Notes under the pieces: model-generated
What the model saw: the letters and a program-made list of their open reading frames with translations, nothing else
Databases searched by the model: none
What the model was told of the DNA's origin: nothing
From: Crocinitomicaceae bacterium
GTDB lineage: Bacteria; Bacteroidota; Bacteroidia; Flavobacteriales_D; Sanyastnellaceae
Direction: 5' to 3'
Assembly (NCBI GenBank): GCA_002722795.1
Contig: PBMY01000003.1
Location: forward strand, 13,848-77,847
DNA length: 64,000 bases
Program-made: the position numbers and the translations under genes
Shown: positions 1 to 9,118 of the stretch, piece by piece
How the letters are laid out: every line of letters begins with the position of its first letter
Numbering within the stretch: the first letter of the stretch is position 1

Positions 1-1
1 A

Positions 2-1384
2 TTAAGAGTTGATCCTAATGCCACTGATGGATATGTAGAGCTTCAAGATCCATCTTTTGATTTTATTCTCGGTGATTCAAACGTACCCAAGGATACTATT
101 GGGATTCTTAGTCGTTGCAAGTTCGATAGACTTAATATCCTAGAAAGTCACGGAGGCGATTGGGATGAGATTGATATATCAAGATTAAACCAAACCGATG
201 TAGGCCTAGTTAAAGGAACAATAAGAAATAGAGATATTGAACGCATTGCAGCTTCTAAATTAGGTAGGGTTGAAATTGACAATATTTTAGGTCCTCTTAT
301 GAGTGAGCACCATGGAATCCTAAGAGATGTGCTTGATATAAGTACACCTAGAATTGAGTTAATGTGTGATGCTGCTCTTAGTAATGGTGCAATTGGAGCT
401 AAGATATTTGGCTCTGGTGGAGGTGGATGTATGCTAGCAATGATTGAAAGAATCAAGGGTTTTCAAGACCATGAGACAATTGCAAAAGTTAAATCTTCAA
501 TTGAGGCAATAGATGGAACAATGGCTTATCACGTAGTTTCTGAACATGGTGTAAGTTGGGGAGATGAGACAGTAAATCCGGTTATCATTTTAGCAGCTGG
601 CGCATCAAGTAGGATGAAGAAAGTGACTGGTGTGGATGAGGTAACCGCTCAGGAGTTGATTTCACGACCTAAAGCAATGCTAAGAGTAGGTCGGAAAAAC
701 ACACCCTTTTTAGATCTTCTTATACGAAGAATAAAATCAGAGGGAAGTAACTGTGTGATTGTAGTTATTGGTGAAAATGACACTTTTACTAAAGAGTATT
801 TTAATGCAAATCCAATTGAAGGATTTGATATTCGATATGCTGTTCAAACAACTCCATCAAATAGAACTAAACCCCTTGGAACAGCTCAAGCTGTTCAGAT
901 TTCTTTAGCTGAGAATAAAGATTTACATTCTCATTCCATTGTTGTGTGTAATGGTGATAACATGCCACCAAAAGGATCTTTCTCAGAAATTTTTAAGTTT
1001 GATTGCGCTATGCTTGCATATGACTCAGCCAATCTTGGAATGCCAAACGATAGGGTAAGTGCTTTCGCAGTTGTAAGAATGTCCGATGACGGATCTCTTG
1101 AAGAAATAGTTGAAAAACCTGATGCAAATCAAATACCCAACTTTATTCAGGATGATGGTGTATTGAGAGTTAGTATGAACATCTTCAAATTACCATTTTC
1201 AGAGTTCACACAAGCAGTTGCAAATTGTCCCATGAGTAAGCGTAATGAATTAGAACTGCCAATTGCTATAGGAATTTGGAATTCAGAAAATCTCGGTGCT
1301 ATGAGAGCGATCCCCTTTTCAGGAGAATTTTTAGACCTAACTCACCCAAGTGATTTTGAATTCGTTTTGAATAAATTACAGTAA
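2..1384 (+). CDS. 5'-truncated bifunctional protein: GHMP-family sugar kinase (C-terminal part visible) fused to a sugar-phosphate nucleotidyltransferase
   Basis: Frame 2 is open from base 2, with no stop before the listed ORF at 299. GHMP motif-3-like GAKIFGSGGGGCMLAM is present. From about 572 there is an NTP-transferase signature: VIILAAGASSRM ... KPLGTAQAV ... VCNGDN. The stop overlaps the cutC start (TAATG at 1382-1386). Confidence 0.6.
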   Translation, partial: LRVDPNATDGYVELQDPSFDFILGDSNVPKDTIGILSRCKFDRLNILESHGGDWDEIDISRLNQTDVGLVKGTIRNRDIERIAASKLGRVEIDNILGPLMSEHHGILRDVLDISTPRIELMCDAALSNGAIGAKIFGSGGGGCMLAMIERIKGFQDHETIAKVKSSIEAIDGTMAYHVVSEHGVSWGDETVNPVIILAAGASSRMKKVTGVDEVTAQELISRPKAMLRVGRKNTPFLDLLIRRIKSEGSNCVIVVIGENDTFTKEYFNANPIEGFDIRYAVQTTPSNRTKPLGTAQAVQISLAENKDLHSHSIVVCNGDNMPPKGSFSEIFKFDCAMLAYDSANLGMPNDRVSAFAVVRMSDDGSLEEIVEKPDANQIPNFIQDDGVLRVSMNIFKLPFSEFTQAVANCPMSKRNELELPIAIGIWNSENLGAMRAIPFSGEFLDLTHPSDFEFVLNKLQ

Positions 1385-2100
1385 TGCAATTAGAAATATG
1401 TGCAAGCACACCCGTTGACGTAGCCTTAGCCCTAGAAGCTGGAGCTGATAGAGTTGAATTGTGTGCACATTGGGAATGTGGAGGATTAACTCCGTCAGCC
1501 GCAATGGTAAGGGCAAGCTCAGTTTTAGACATACCAGTAAGAGTCTTGATTAGACCTAGAGCTGGTCATTTTGTATACAATTCGTCTGAGCGTAATTTGA
1601 TTATTTCTGAAGGTTTAGATAGTCTTGAAGCTGGTGCTGAAAAAATAGTTGTAGGCGGATTGACTAAAGATGGATTTTTGGACATTGATCTTTTAGAGGG
1701 ACTCGTAAATGAGGTTGGGTCTGAATACTTGGTTTGGCATAGATCTCTAGACCTTAGTTCTGACCCAATTGTATCTGCTAAAGAGTTGATTAATGCCGGT
1801 ATTTTTGAGGTTTTGACAAGCGGGGGAGCGCCTGCCGCTGGTTTGGGCTTAAGGCTTATTAGAGAATTCTCAGAAATGGGTCTTGGAGTTATAGCTAGTG
1901 GAGGGGTTAGAGCAGTTGATGTTGTGAAGCTTGGAGAAGCTAGAGTGAGCACAATACATGCATCATGTAGGTCAAAGAGTATATTGGAAATTGATTCTCC
2001 GAGTAAGGAGTTGTTCGACCAAAGCACGCATCCTGTTGATTATTCAAAAGTAGAAACGCTTGCAGATGCTATACAAAAATGGAACATTGATGATGAATAA
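1384..2100 (+). CDS. cutC: CutC-family TIM-barrel protein (annotated copper homeostasis protein CutC)
   Basis: N-terminus LEICASTPVDVALALEAGADRVELC ... GGLTPS ... IPVRVLIRPRAGHFVY is typical of the CutC family. Length is 238 aa. Confidence 0.8.
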   Translation: MQLEICASTPVDVALALEAGADRVELCAHWECGGLTPSAAMVRASSVLDIPVRVLIRPRAGHFVYNSSERNLIISEGLDSLEAGAEKIVVGGLTKDGFLDIDLLEGLVNEVGSEYLVWHRSLDLSSDPIVSAKELINAGIFEVLTSGGAPAAGLGLRLIREFSEMGLGVIASGGVRAVDVVKLGEARVSTIHASCRSKSILEIDSPSKELFDQSTHPVDYSKVETLADAIQKWNIDDE

Positions 2101-4372
2101 ACTTTTATCATTTTTTGCGATATCTGTAGTGATTGTAAGTTGTCGCTCAAAGCATGAACATAAACCTCAAATGGGGTCAGTAGACAATATTATTCCTCAG
2201 CCACAATTAGTTGAAGTTTTTCCTGACCAAATAGGCTTTTACTCTGACGGTACTCTTGTCGTTTCTGGTTCAGATTTCATGTCAAATTCATGGGATTTAG
2301 CTAAGGATTGGTTCGAAAATGCTGGTTTACACATTTATCAATCAGACTCAGATAAATCTCAGTTGTTATTTACACTTTCTGATGAAATTAAAGGTGATGA
2401 AACTTATTCTTTGAAAGTTGCTGAAGACCAAATCCAAATATCAGCGTCTACACCAAAAGGTCTTTATAGGGGTTGGACAACACTAAGATTAATGATTCCT
2501 GTGACAGCTGAATCTGGAGGTTGTTCTAATGGTTTTTATCTTCCTGTGGTGTCAATTGATGATTTTCCAGATTTTGAACACAGAGGTTTGCTTTTAGATT
2601 GTTGCAGACACTTCATGGAGCCAGATTTTGTGAAGAAAATGATTGACAATTTAAGCATTCACAAAATGAATGTGCTCCATTGGCACCTCACTGAAGATCA
2701 AGGATGGAGAGTGGAAATAGACTCTTATCCAAGATTAACCGAAGTTGGTGCTTGGAGAACTGAAACCGATGGTTCAACATATGGTGGCTTTTATTCAAAA
2801 GAAACAATTAAGGAAATTATAGAATATGCTGTTGCTAGGCACGTTGAGATTATCCCTGAAATTGAAGTTCCAGGTCATAGTCAGGCAGCTTTAGCATCTT
2901 ACCCTTGGCTAGGATGTACTGGAGAAGAAATGCTTGTTGCAAATAAGTGGGGTGTATTCAAAGACATTTACTGCCCAGGCAACGATAGCACATTGAGATT
3001 TTTAGAATCTGTATTTGATGAGGTATGTGAATTATTCCCTTCAACAAAAATCCATATTGGTGGTGACGAAGCCCCTAAGGTGAGATGGGCTTCATGTGAT
3101 AAATGCCAAAAGCGAATTAAAGATGAAGGGCTAGCTGACGAGAATGAGTTACAAACTTGGGTTATTGAGCACGTTGGGGAATACCTAGCATATAAAGGAA
3201 AAACAATAATTGGATGGGATGAAATTCTCGAAGGAGGACTACCTGAAGGCGCTGCTGTTCAAAGTTGGAGGGGTATGGATGGAGCGATAGAAGGAGTTCA
3301 TTTAGGAACTGATGTTATTGCTTCTCCAACTTCTCATTGTTATTTGGACTACCCGCTAAGTAATACTGATTTAGAAGAAATCTATAGTTTTAATCCAATA
3401 CCTGAAGAAGCATCACATGGTCCCGGTAGAGTGATAGGAGGAGAGTGTAATATGTGGTCTGAGAGAGCTCCACAACACTTAGTTGAATCTAAGGTTTTCC
3501 CTAGGGCAATTGGTTTGGCTGAAGTTCTTTGGTCTGGTACAGACATTACACTAGCTGAGGGCGCTTACGACAGATTTATTAAGCGTCTTGATGTTCACGT
3601 TAATAGACTAGGAATTATTGGTGTCGATTATGGCTTAGAATCAGTTCCTGTCTCTATGAGTTTAACTCTTGATGAGGGAGACGACATATTGTACGCAAAC
3701 ATTACTCCAGCTGGTTCATACATAAAGGGAACTGCTAAATTCGTGACTATAGATGGTGTTGAGTCAGAGTCAAAATCATTTAATTTACCAATTGAGATAA
3801 CTGAAACGGGAGAAGTTGTAGCTACAATAAACTACAGAGGAAGAGTGTTGGAGAGAACTGAAAATTTCCCTGTTTCATATCACGCCGGATTGTACAAGGA
3901 AATTTCTTTAGGATATGAACCTAGTCAATATTACACTGGTGGGGGTAATTACGCCTTAGTTGATGGTAAGATTGGTTCTATGGATTTTAGAGACGGAGTT
4001 TGGCAAGGCAAACAGGGTGAAGATTTAAGAGTTGTTATTGATCTCTCAGAAATTATAGAAATTGATAATTTCTCCATGAATTTCTACTTGTATCAAGATG
4101 CTTGGATTTTTGCCCCTCGTTCTTTGAAGTTTATGGTTTCAGATAATGGAGAAGAATATTCAAAAGTTTCTGTTGTAGAAAACGAAGAGGTTTTTGAAAA
4201 AGACGAAAGACAAACAATTATAAATTTTAATTCAGGTTCATTAAAAGGAGTAAGCGGTAGATATGTGAAAGTTGTGGTTGAAAATGCCGGTCCTTGTCCA
4301 TATTGGCACGCAGCCGCTACTGAGCCAACATGGTTGTTTGTAGACGAGATAGTTGTTAATGCAGCCGACTAA
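2090..4372 (+). CDS. GH20 beta-N-acetylhexosaminidase with lipoprotein-type signal peptide and C-terminal discoidin-like domain
   Basis: Motifs HRGLLLDCCRHF, HWHLTEDQGWR and IHIGGDEA match GH20. MMNKLLSFFAISVVIVSC is a signal/lipobox-like N-terminus. I moved the start to the ATG at 2090/2093, which overlaps the cutC stop. Confidence 0.88.
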   Translation: MMNKLLSFFAISVVIVSCRSKHEHKPQMGSVDNIIPQPQLVEVFPDQIGFYSDGTLVVSGSDFMSNSWDLAKDWFENAGLHIYQSDSDKSQLLFTLSDEIKGDETYSLKVAEDQIQISASTPKGLYRGWTTLRLMIPVTAESGGCSNGFYLPVVSIDDFPDFEHRGLLLDCCRHFMEPDFVKKMIDNLSIHKMNVLHWHLTEDQGWRVEIDSYPRLTEVGAWRTETDGSTYGGFYSKETIKEIIEYAVARHVEIIPEIEVPGHSQAALASYPWLGCTGEEMLVANKWGVFKDIYCPGNDSTLRFLESVFDEVCELFPSTKIHIGGDEAPKVRWASCDKCQKRIKDEGLADENELQTWVIEHVGEYLAYKGKTIIGWDEILEGGLPEGAAVQSWRGMDGAIEGVHLGTDVIASPTSHCYLDYPLSNTDLEEIYSFNPIPEEASHGPGRVIGGECNMWSERAPQHLVESKVFPRAIGLAEVLWSGTDITLAEGAYDRFIKRLDVHVNRLGIIGVDYGLESVPVSMSLTLDEGDDILYANITPAGSYIKGTAKFVTIDGVESESKSFNLPIEITETGEVVATINYRGRVLERTENFPVSYHAGLYKEISLGYEPSQYYTGGGNYALVDGKIGSMDFRDGVWQGKQGEDLRVVIDLSEIIEIDNFSMNFYLYQDAWIFAPRSLKFMVSDNGEEYSKVSVVENEEVFEKDERQTIINFNSGSLKGVSGRYVKVVVENAGPCPYWHAAATEPTWLFVDEIVVNAAD

Positions 4373-6931
4373 TTATTTAGTAACAAAATCATTTAATGAC
4401 CTAGCAAAAATCTGAGGGTCACCTTTTTCCTCCATCTTTTTAGTACTCATGTCATAGGTGTCAAATGAAACCCTGATAGATGCTCCTGGAAAAAGATCAA
4501 ACCCATTTTCACTAAAATTTCCCTCTTGTGGAGAATACAGTTCGACATCCTTGACGTAGGTGTTAGCACTTATTTCAAATAGATATCTATCCTCACTCCA
4601 TCCAAATCTTTTAATGAAGATGCTTCCTTTTTTTAAGTTTAAGCTACCTGGTTCAACAAAGTAAACCTTGTCGGATGCTTTGTGCACAACACTAGCATCG
4701 TCTCCTGACCATAAGAGATGTGCAACGATGTTATTCAAATCAATGTCTGCCGGAACTAAATCATCAAAAGAAATCCATGTTGTTTTTCCAGAAGTGACGG
4801 ATAGATTTACAACTTCTGAATGCAAGATTTCATTTTCTAAAGTTTTTAAATAGACAATTAATGTTCCCGGTACTGTGCTAGTAAAGACACCAGGATTTGC
4901 TGTTATTCCAACATTTAAAGTTTGGTCTACATAATCACCATGTAATAAAACAGGTTGAAAGGCATCCTTTAGCTTATGATGCAGAAGTTTCCATTTACCA
5001 TGATCATCAATTGAAGACCAAGATGCTACTGGCCAACAATCGTTTAGTTGCCAAACTAAAGTTCCTGAACAATGGTGCTGATTTATTCTTCCTGCAATTG
5101 CTCCTTCGGCTATTCCCTCGGCCTGAATTACTCTACTTAAATACGCCCAATCCCCAAATTCAATTGAATCACAGATAAGAGCACCATGTGATTTTTCTAG
5201 GTAAGCATCGATAATATCAAACCCCCTTGGATGTTTTTCATGAGCAACAATTTCAGGATGAGTCCTGAAATCTTGTGAATATAAAATGCTGTCATGACTC
5301 AGAATCGATTTAAATGTCGAATTCAATGGAAAGCTTTGAAACCCATATTCACTCATAAACCTTGACACCCTAGTCCATAGACTATCAAACGAATAACCAT
5401 CATGCCAAATCCCCCAATCATGTGCATCGCCAATGTTTTTGAAATTATTATCACCTCTACCAAGCATTGGTGAGCTTTCCCAATATGGGGCATCGTCAAA
5501 TTCTGATACAACGCTTGGTAAAAGTTCATTAAATACCTTGTTATAAGATGAGCTAATCACTTCTATTTCACTTTTACTTAATCCATCTTTCCAGCCCCAT
5601 CTTTCCCAACCTTCACTCACTTCGTTATTGCCACACCAAATTGCTAAAGATGGGTGATGACGTAGTCTTTTACACTGATATTCTGCCTCATTTTTAACCG
5701 ACTTAAGAAAATCTTCATCACTAGGGTACATGGCACATGCAAACATGAAGTCATGCCAAATTAAAACTCCTTTCTCATCACAATAATCCATGAAATAATC
5801 AGAGGCGTATAATCCACCACCCCAAATCCTTAGGGTATTCATGTTTGCAGAAATTGCAGCATCAATTATTGATTTTTCCTCCTTATTGGTGATCCTGTTT
5901 AAAATGATATCACAAGGGACAACATTGGATCCCATGCTGTAGATAGGTTGGCCATTTAAAATGAATTTAAAAGCATCATTTTCAGTATTTAATTCAAGTG
6001 TTCTGACGCCAACGCGTTTTACAGTTTGGCCTAATAGACCTGAACTATTGAAAGCAATCACTTCGAGCCTATACAGATAGGGGTCGCCCAAATCATGAGT
6101 CCACCATAACTCAGGAAAATCAAGCGTGAATGTTTCTGAGTAATCTCCAATTTTGCCTGAAGCACTACCCCAAGCAACTTTGGCTCCATTGTGATTAGTA
6201 AGAGCCCATCTCATTGAAGCATTAGTTCCCTCATCTCCCTCAAGAGTCCAACCGACTTTACACTCAGCCGACTTTTCTCCTAGTGAAATAGTTTCAAGAT
6301 TTATGTCTTTGATTGATATGTGAGAAGATTTGAAAGTGAGTCCGTTAACGCTTATGTCAAGAAGTTTGGGCCCCCAATCCCAGCCAAATGCAAATTGTGG
6401 CATACGATGCACGGCCCTTGAAGCATCCCCTGGAAGAGGGTGGCCAGCTTTTTCTAAGCGATGTGATTCTTCCTCAAAAGGAGGGTTAAACTCAACTATC
6501 AATATGTTGTTAGTTGGCTTGAGAAGTTCTTCTATGTAAAATGAATTTGGTATGAAAGCATTTGAAGTCGATCCTATTCTAACACCATTTAATATCCACT
6601 TGGAATACATCTGAACACTCTCAGCGTTAAGGAATACCATTTCCACATTCTTATTGAATGGCTCAGATGTAAAAACCCAAGACTTCTCACCAACCCATTG
6701 GATTTTCTCTTCATTTGTCCCAACAAAAGGATCTTGTATCTGTCCTGACCTTATGAGTGTTTGATGCAATGAACCTGGTAATTGTCCTGTAATTTGAAAA
6801 TCTGCAGAATCAGGACAAGTCCAAACTCCATGAAAGATAGCTTTCGTAGGTGCGGTTTGGGCTGAGGTATGCAGTGATGGCAAAATGAGCCCAAAACAAC
6901 ATAATAAAGTGACTATAATCGATTTTTTCAC
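4373..6931 (-). CDS. GH2 beta-mannosidase, secreted
   Basis: 852 aa with a signal peptide (MKKSIIVTLLCCFGLILPSLHTSAQ). GH2 mannosidase-like blocks: FGWDWGP, LRIWGGGLYASDYFMDYCDEKGVLIWHDFMFACAMYP, WCGNNEV. The start codon is GTG. Confidence 0.82.
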   Translation of the reverse strand: MKKSIIVTLLCCFGLILPSLHTSAQTAPTKAIFHGVWTCPDSADFQITGQLPGSLHQTLIRSGQIQDPFVGTNEEKIQWVGEKSWVFTSEPFNKNVEMVFLNAESVQMYSKWILNGVRIGSTSNAFIPNSFYIEELLKPTNNILIVEFNPPFEEESHRLEKAGHPLPGDASRAVHRMPQFAFGWDWGPKLLDISVNGLTFKSSHISIKDINLETISLGEKSAECKVGWTLEGDEGTNASMRWALTNHNGAKVAWGSASGKIGDYSETFTLDFPELWWTHDLGDPYLYRLEVIAFNSSGLLGQTVKRVGVRTLELNTENDAFKFILNGQPIYSMGSNVVPCDIILNRITNKEEKSIIDAAISANMNTLRIWGGGLYASDYFMDYCDEKGVLIWHDFMFACAMYPSDEDFLKSVKNEAEYQCKRLRHHPSLAIWCGNNEVSEGWERWGWKDGLSKSEIEVISSSYNKVFNELLPSVVSEFDDAPYWESSPMLGRGDNNFKNIGDAHDWGIWHDGYSFDSLWTRVSRFMSEYGFQSFPLNSTFKSILSHDSILYSQDFRTHPEIVAHEKHPRGFDIIDAYLEKSHGALICDSIEFGDWAYLSRVIQAEGIAEGAIAGRINQHHCSGTLVWQLNDCWPVASWSSIDDHGKWKLLHHKLKDAFQPVLLHGDYVDQTLNVGITANPGVFTSTVPGTLIVYLKTLENEILHSEVVNLSVTSGKTTWISFDDLVPADIDLNNIVAHLLWSGDDASVVHKASDKVYFVEPGSLNLKKGSIFIKRFGWSEDRYLFEISANTYVKDVELYSPQEGNFSENGFDLFPGASIRVSFDTYDMSTKKMEEKGDPQIFARSLNDFVTK

Positions 6932-7001
6932 GCCCTAAAATAAGCCCCGAAGCCCTATAAAATCTAGAAAAACAGATAAAACACTAAATCTTGGCTGATT
7001 A

Positions 7002-7034
7002 TTGTGGAATGAGTTAAAAACCGTACTATATTTG
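7002..7034 (+). promoter_or_regulatory. Candidate Bacteroidota sigma-A promoter for rpsT (-33 TTG, -7 TAnnTTTG)
   Basis: TATATTTG at 7027-7034 matches TAnnTTTG and lies 26 nt upstream of the rpsT ATG. A TTG sits at 7002-7004. Confidence 0.4.
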
Positions 7035-7059
7035 CACCCCTATTAAAAGAGGTCTATAG

Positions 7060-7314
7060 ATGGCAAATCACAAATCTGCACAAAAGCGCGTACGTTCTGA
7101 CGAAAAGAAGCGCGATCGTAACCGTTATCAGCACAAGACAACTCGTAATGCTGTACGTAATCTTCGTGCGTCTGAAGACGTAAAGGAGGCTACTGAAATG
7201 CTTCCAAAGGTGAGCTCAATGCTAGACAAGCTTGCTAAGAATAACGTAATTCACAAGAATAAAGCTGCAAACCTTAAATCAAGCCTAGCGGCTCATGTAT
7301 CGAAGCTCGGTTAA
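7060..7314 (+). CDS. rpsT: 30S ribosomal protein S20
   Basis: [36 protein letters not shown] is a characteristic S20 N-terminus. Length is 84 aa. Confidence 0.95.
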   Translation: MANHKSAQKRVRSDEKKRDRNRYQHKTTRNAVRNLRASEDVKEATEMLPKVSSMLDKLAKNNVIHKNKAANLKSSLAAHVSKLG

Positions 7315-7338
7315 TTAAAGGATTAAAAGATATTTGAA

Positions 7339-7368
7339 CCCTCAGCATAACTAGCTGGGGGTTTTTTA
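7339..7368 (+). terminator. Rho-independent terminator after rpsT
   Basis: Stem CCCTCAGC (7339-7346) pairs with GCTGGGGG (7354-7361) with one G-U pair. A T-run follows at 7362-7368. Confidence 0.7.
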
Positions 7369-7383
7369 TTTAAATACTTTGAT

Positions 7384-8034
7384 ATGAGGCTTAGAGAGAG
7401 GATGTTGATGGACGGTGTGTCGTCCTTAAATAACACTGAATGATTAACTGTTTTAATTGGAAGTGGATTGCAAGGAAGGTCTGCTGAAACTGTTGCTTGT
7501 GAATTGCTAGCTATGACTGACCACGATTTACAACCTCTTGTCGAACTTACTCCAAAGGGGTATGCCTTAGTGCCTAGAATTGGTATTGCTAGGGCTATGC
7601 TTATATCAGCTGCGATGGAGTTGGGAAGAAGAAGGACTGCAATCAGTAGAATTACGAAGAATAGGATTACTTCATCAAGCGATGTTTACAATAGATATGT
7701 TGACAGGTTTTGTGATTTGGGCTATGAGGAATTAAATGTTTTGCTCCTTAAGAGATCCAATGATTTGCTTGTATAATTGAAGATTTCACGTGGATGGTTG
7801 TCAGGCACGGTGGCAGATCCTAAAATAATATTTTGAAAGTCTTTAGCGTTAGGTGCTGAAGCCATTGTTTTGGTCCATAATCACCCTTTTGGAAATCCTA
7901 AACCTAGTCAATGCGATATTAACCTTACAAACAACTTAGTCAAGGCAGGTAAATTCTTAGATTTACTAGTCCTTGATCTCATAATAATTACAAGTAAATC
8001 ATTTAGCTCATTTACTGATTCAGGATTGATATAA
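7384..8034 (+). pseudogene. radC: radC (JAB/MPN-domain RadC family) interrupted by three in-frame stop codons
   Basis: A single frame reads MRLRERMLMDGVSSLNNTE*LTVLIGSGLQGRSAE...LNVLLLKRSNDLLV*LKISRGWLSGTVADPKIIF*KSLALGAEAIVLVHNHPFGNPKPSQCDINLT...LVLDLIIIT...SFTDSGLI. The stops are TGA 7441-7443, TAA 7774-7776 and TGA 7834-7836. No frameshift is needed. The RadC hallmarks are HNHPxG..PS..D and an HhH-like IGIARA. Confidence 0.75.
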
Positions 8035-8041
8035 TTCTATA

Positions 8042-9118
8042 ATGCCAAGACTACTTACCATTTTAGGTGCAAGACCTCAGTTTATCAAAGCTGCTGCTTT
8101 GACTAGGGCTATTGCTGCAAATCCTGAAATGGGGTGGACTCAAGATATTTTGCATACTGGTCAGCACTACGATGAAAGTTTATCAAAGGTGTTTTTTGAT
8201 ACCCTCAACTTGCCAGAGCCTAGGTGGCAATTTTCATTAAATCATTCTAATCGTCCTGAAAGGATGGAGGAGATGAGAAATGGAATAAGAGAATGTGTAC
8301 AAGAGTCAAAGCCTGATGCTATTTTGGTATATGGAGATACCGACTCAACACTTGCTGGCGCACAGGTTGCAAAAGAAGAGGGGGTGATATTAATTCATGT
8401 TGAGGCGGGGTTGAGATCCTTTGATTTAGAAATGCCAGAGGAGATAAATAGAATAGAGACCGATAAGATTTCTGACATTCTTTTTGCTCCTACTATTAGT
8501 GCTGTAAAGAATCTTGAAAAAGAGGGGATTTATGGTGCCTTTTTAACCGGAGACATAATGCACGATAATGCTGTGCATTTTTCTAGTAATAGTAAGAATA
8601 TTAATCAGATATTACTTACTATGCATAGACCATCAAATGTTGATGAACCATCTAGGGCAATTTCTTGGGTTAAAGAAATAGGTTCTTGGGCAAACAGTAA
8701 GGATTTGAATATTATTTTTCCAATTCATCCTAGAACTCAAAAGAGTTTAGAGATGGGTATTGGTACAAATTGGAAAGAGAAAATTGCAAATTGGGGAGTA
8801 GAGGCGGTGAATCCAGTAGGATATGTTGAGCTTTTGGGATTAATAAATGAGTCTCAACTTGTAGTAACTGATTCAGGTGGAATCCAGAAGGAATCATATT
8901 CATGTGCTACTCCTTCTGTTGTTATTAGACACAATACTGAATGGGAGGAATTGGTAGAATTGGGTTGTACGGTGTTGTGTCCTGAGCCAAATGATTTCAA
9001 GCCTCTAGCTGATGCTCAAATAAATGTAGATGTTGATACATCAACTGAATTATATGGTGATGGTAATGCTGCATTGAGCATCTTACAGATTATAAATAAT
9101 AAGTTGAATAATGCCTAA
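8042..9118 (+). CDS. wecB: UDP-N-acetylglucosamine 2-epimerase (non-hydrolysing)
   Basis: Matching blocks are LTILGARPQFIKAAAL, HTGQHYD, VYGDTDSTLAGA and VTDSGGIQKE. Length is 358 aa. Confidence 0.9.
   Translation: MPRLLTILGARPQFIKAAALTRAIAANPEMGWTQDILHTGQHYDESLSKVFFDTLNLPEPRWQFSLNHSNRPERMEEMRNGIRECVQESKPDAILVYGDTDSTLAGAQVAKEEGVILIHVEAGLRSFDLEMPEEINRIETDKISDILFAPTISAVKNLEKEGIYGAFLTGDIMHDNAVHFSSNSKNINQILLTMHRPSNVDEPSRAISWVKEIGSWANSKDLNIIFPIHPRTQKSLEMGIGTNWKEKIANWGVEAVNPVGYVELLGLINESQLVVTDSGGIQKESYSCATPSVVIRHNTEWEELVELGCTVLCPEPNDFKPLADAQINVDVDTSTELYGDGNAALSILQIINNKLNNA

Noticed and set aside
7441-7836. Whether the in-frame TGA/TAA/TGA codons in radC indicate a reassigned genetic code or selenocysteine.
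   Set aside because: All other roughly 60 genes terminate normally at TAA, TAG or TGA and are full length with standard translation. The stops align with Leu, variable and Lys/Arg positions rather than Trp, Gly or Cys. Two different stop codons are involved.
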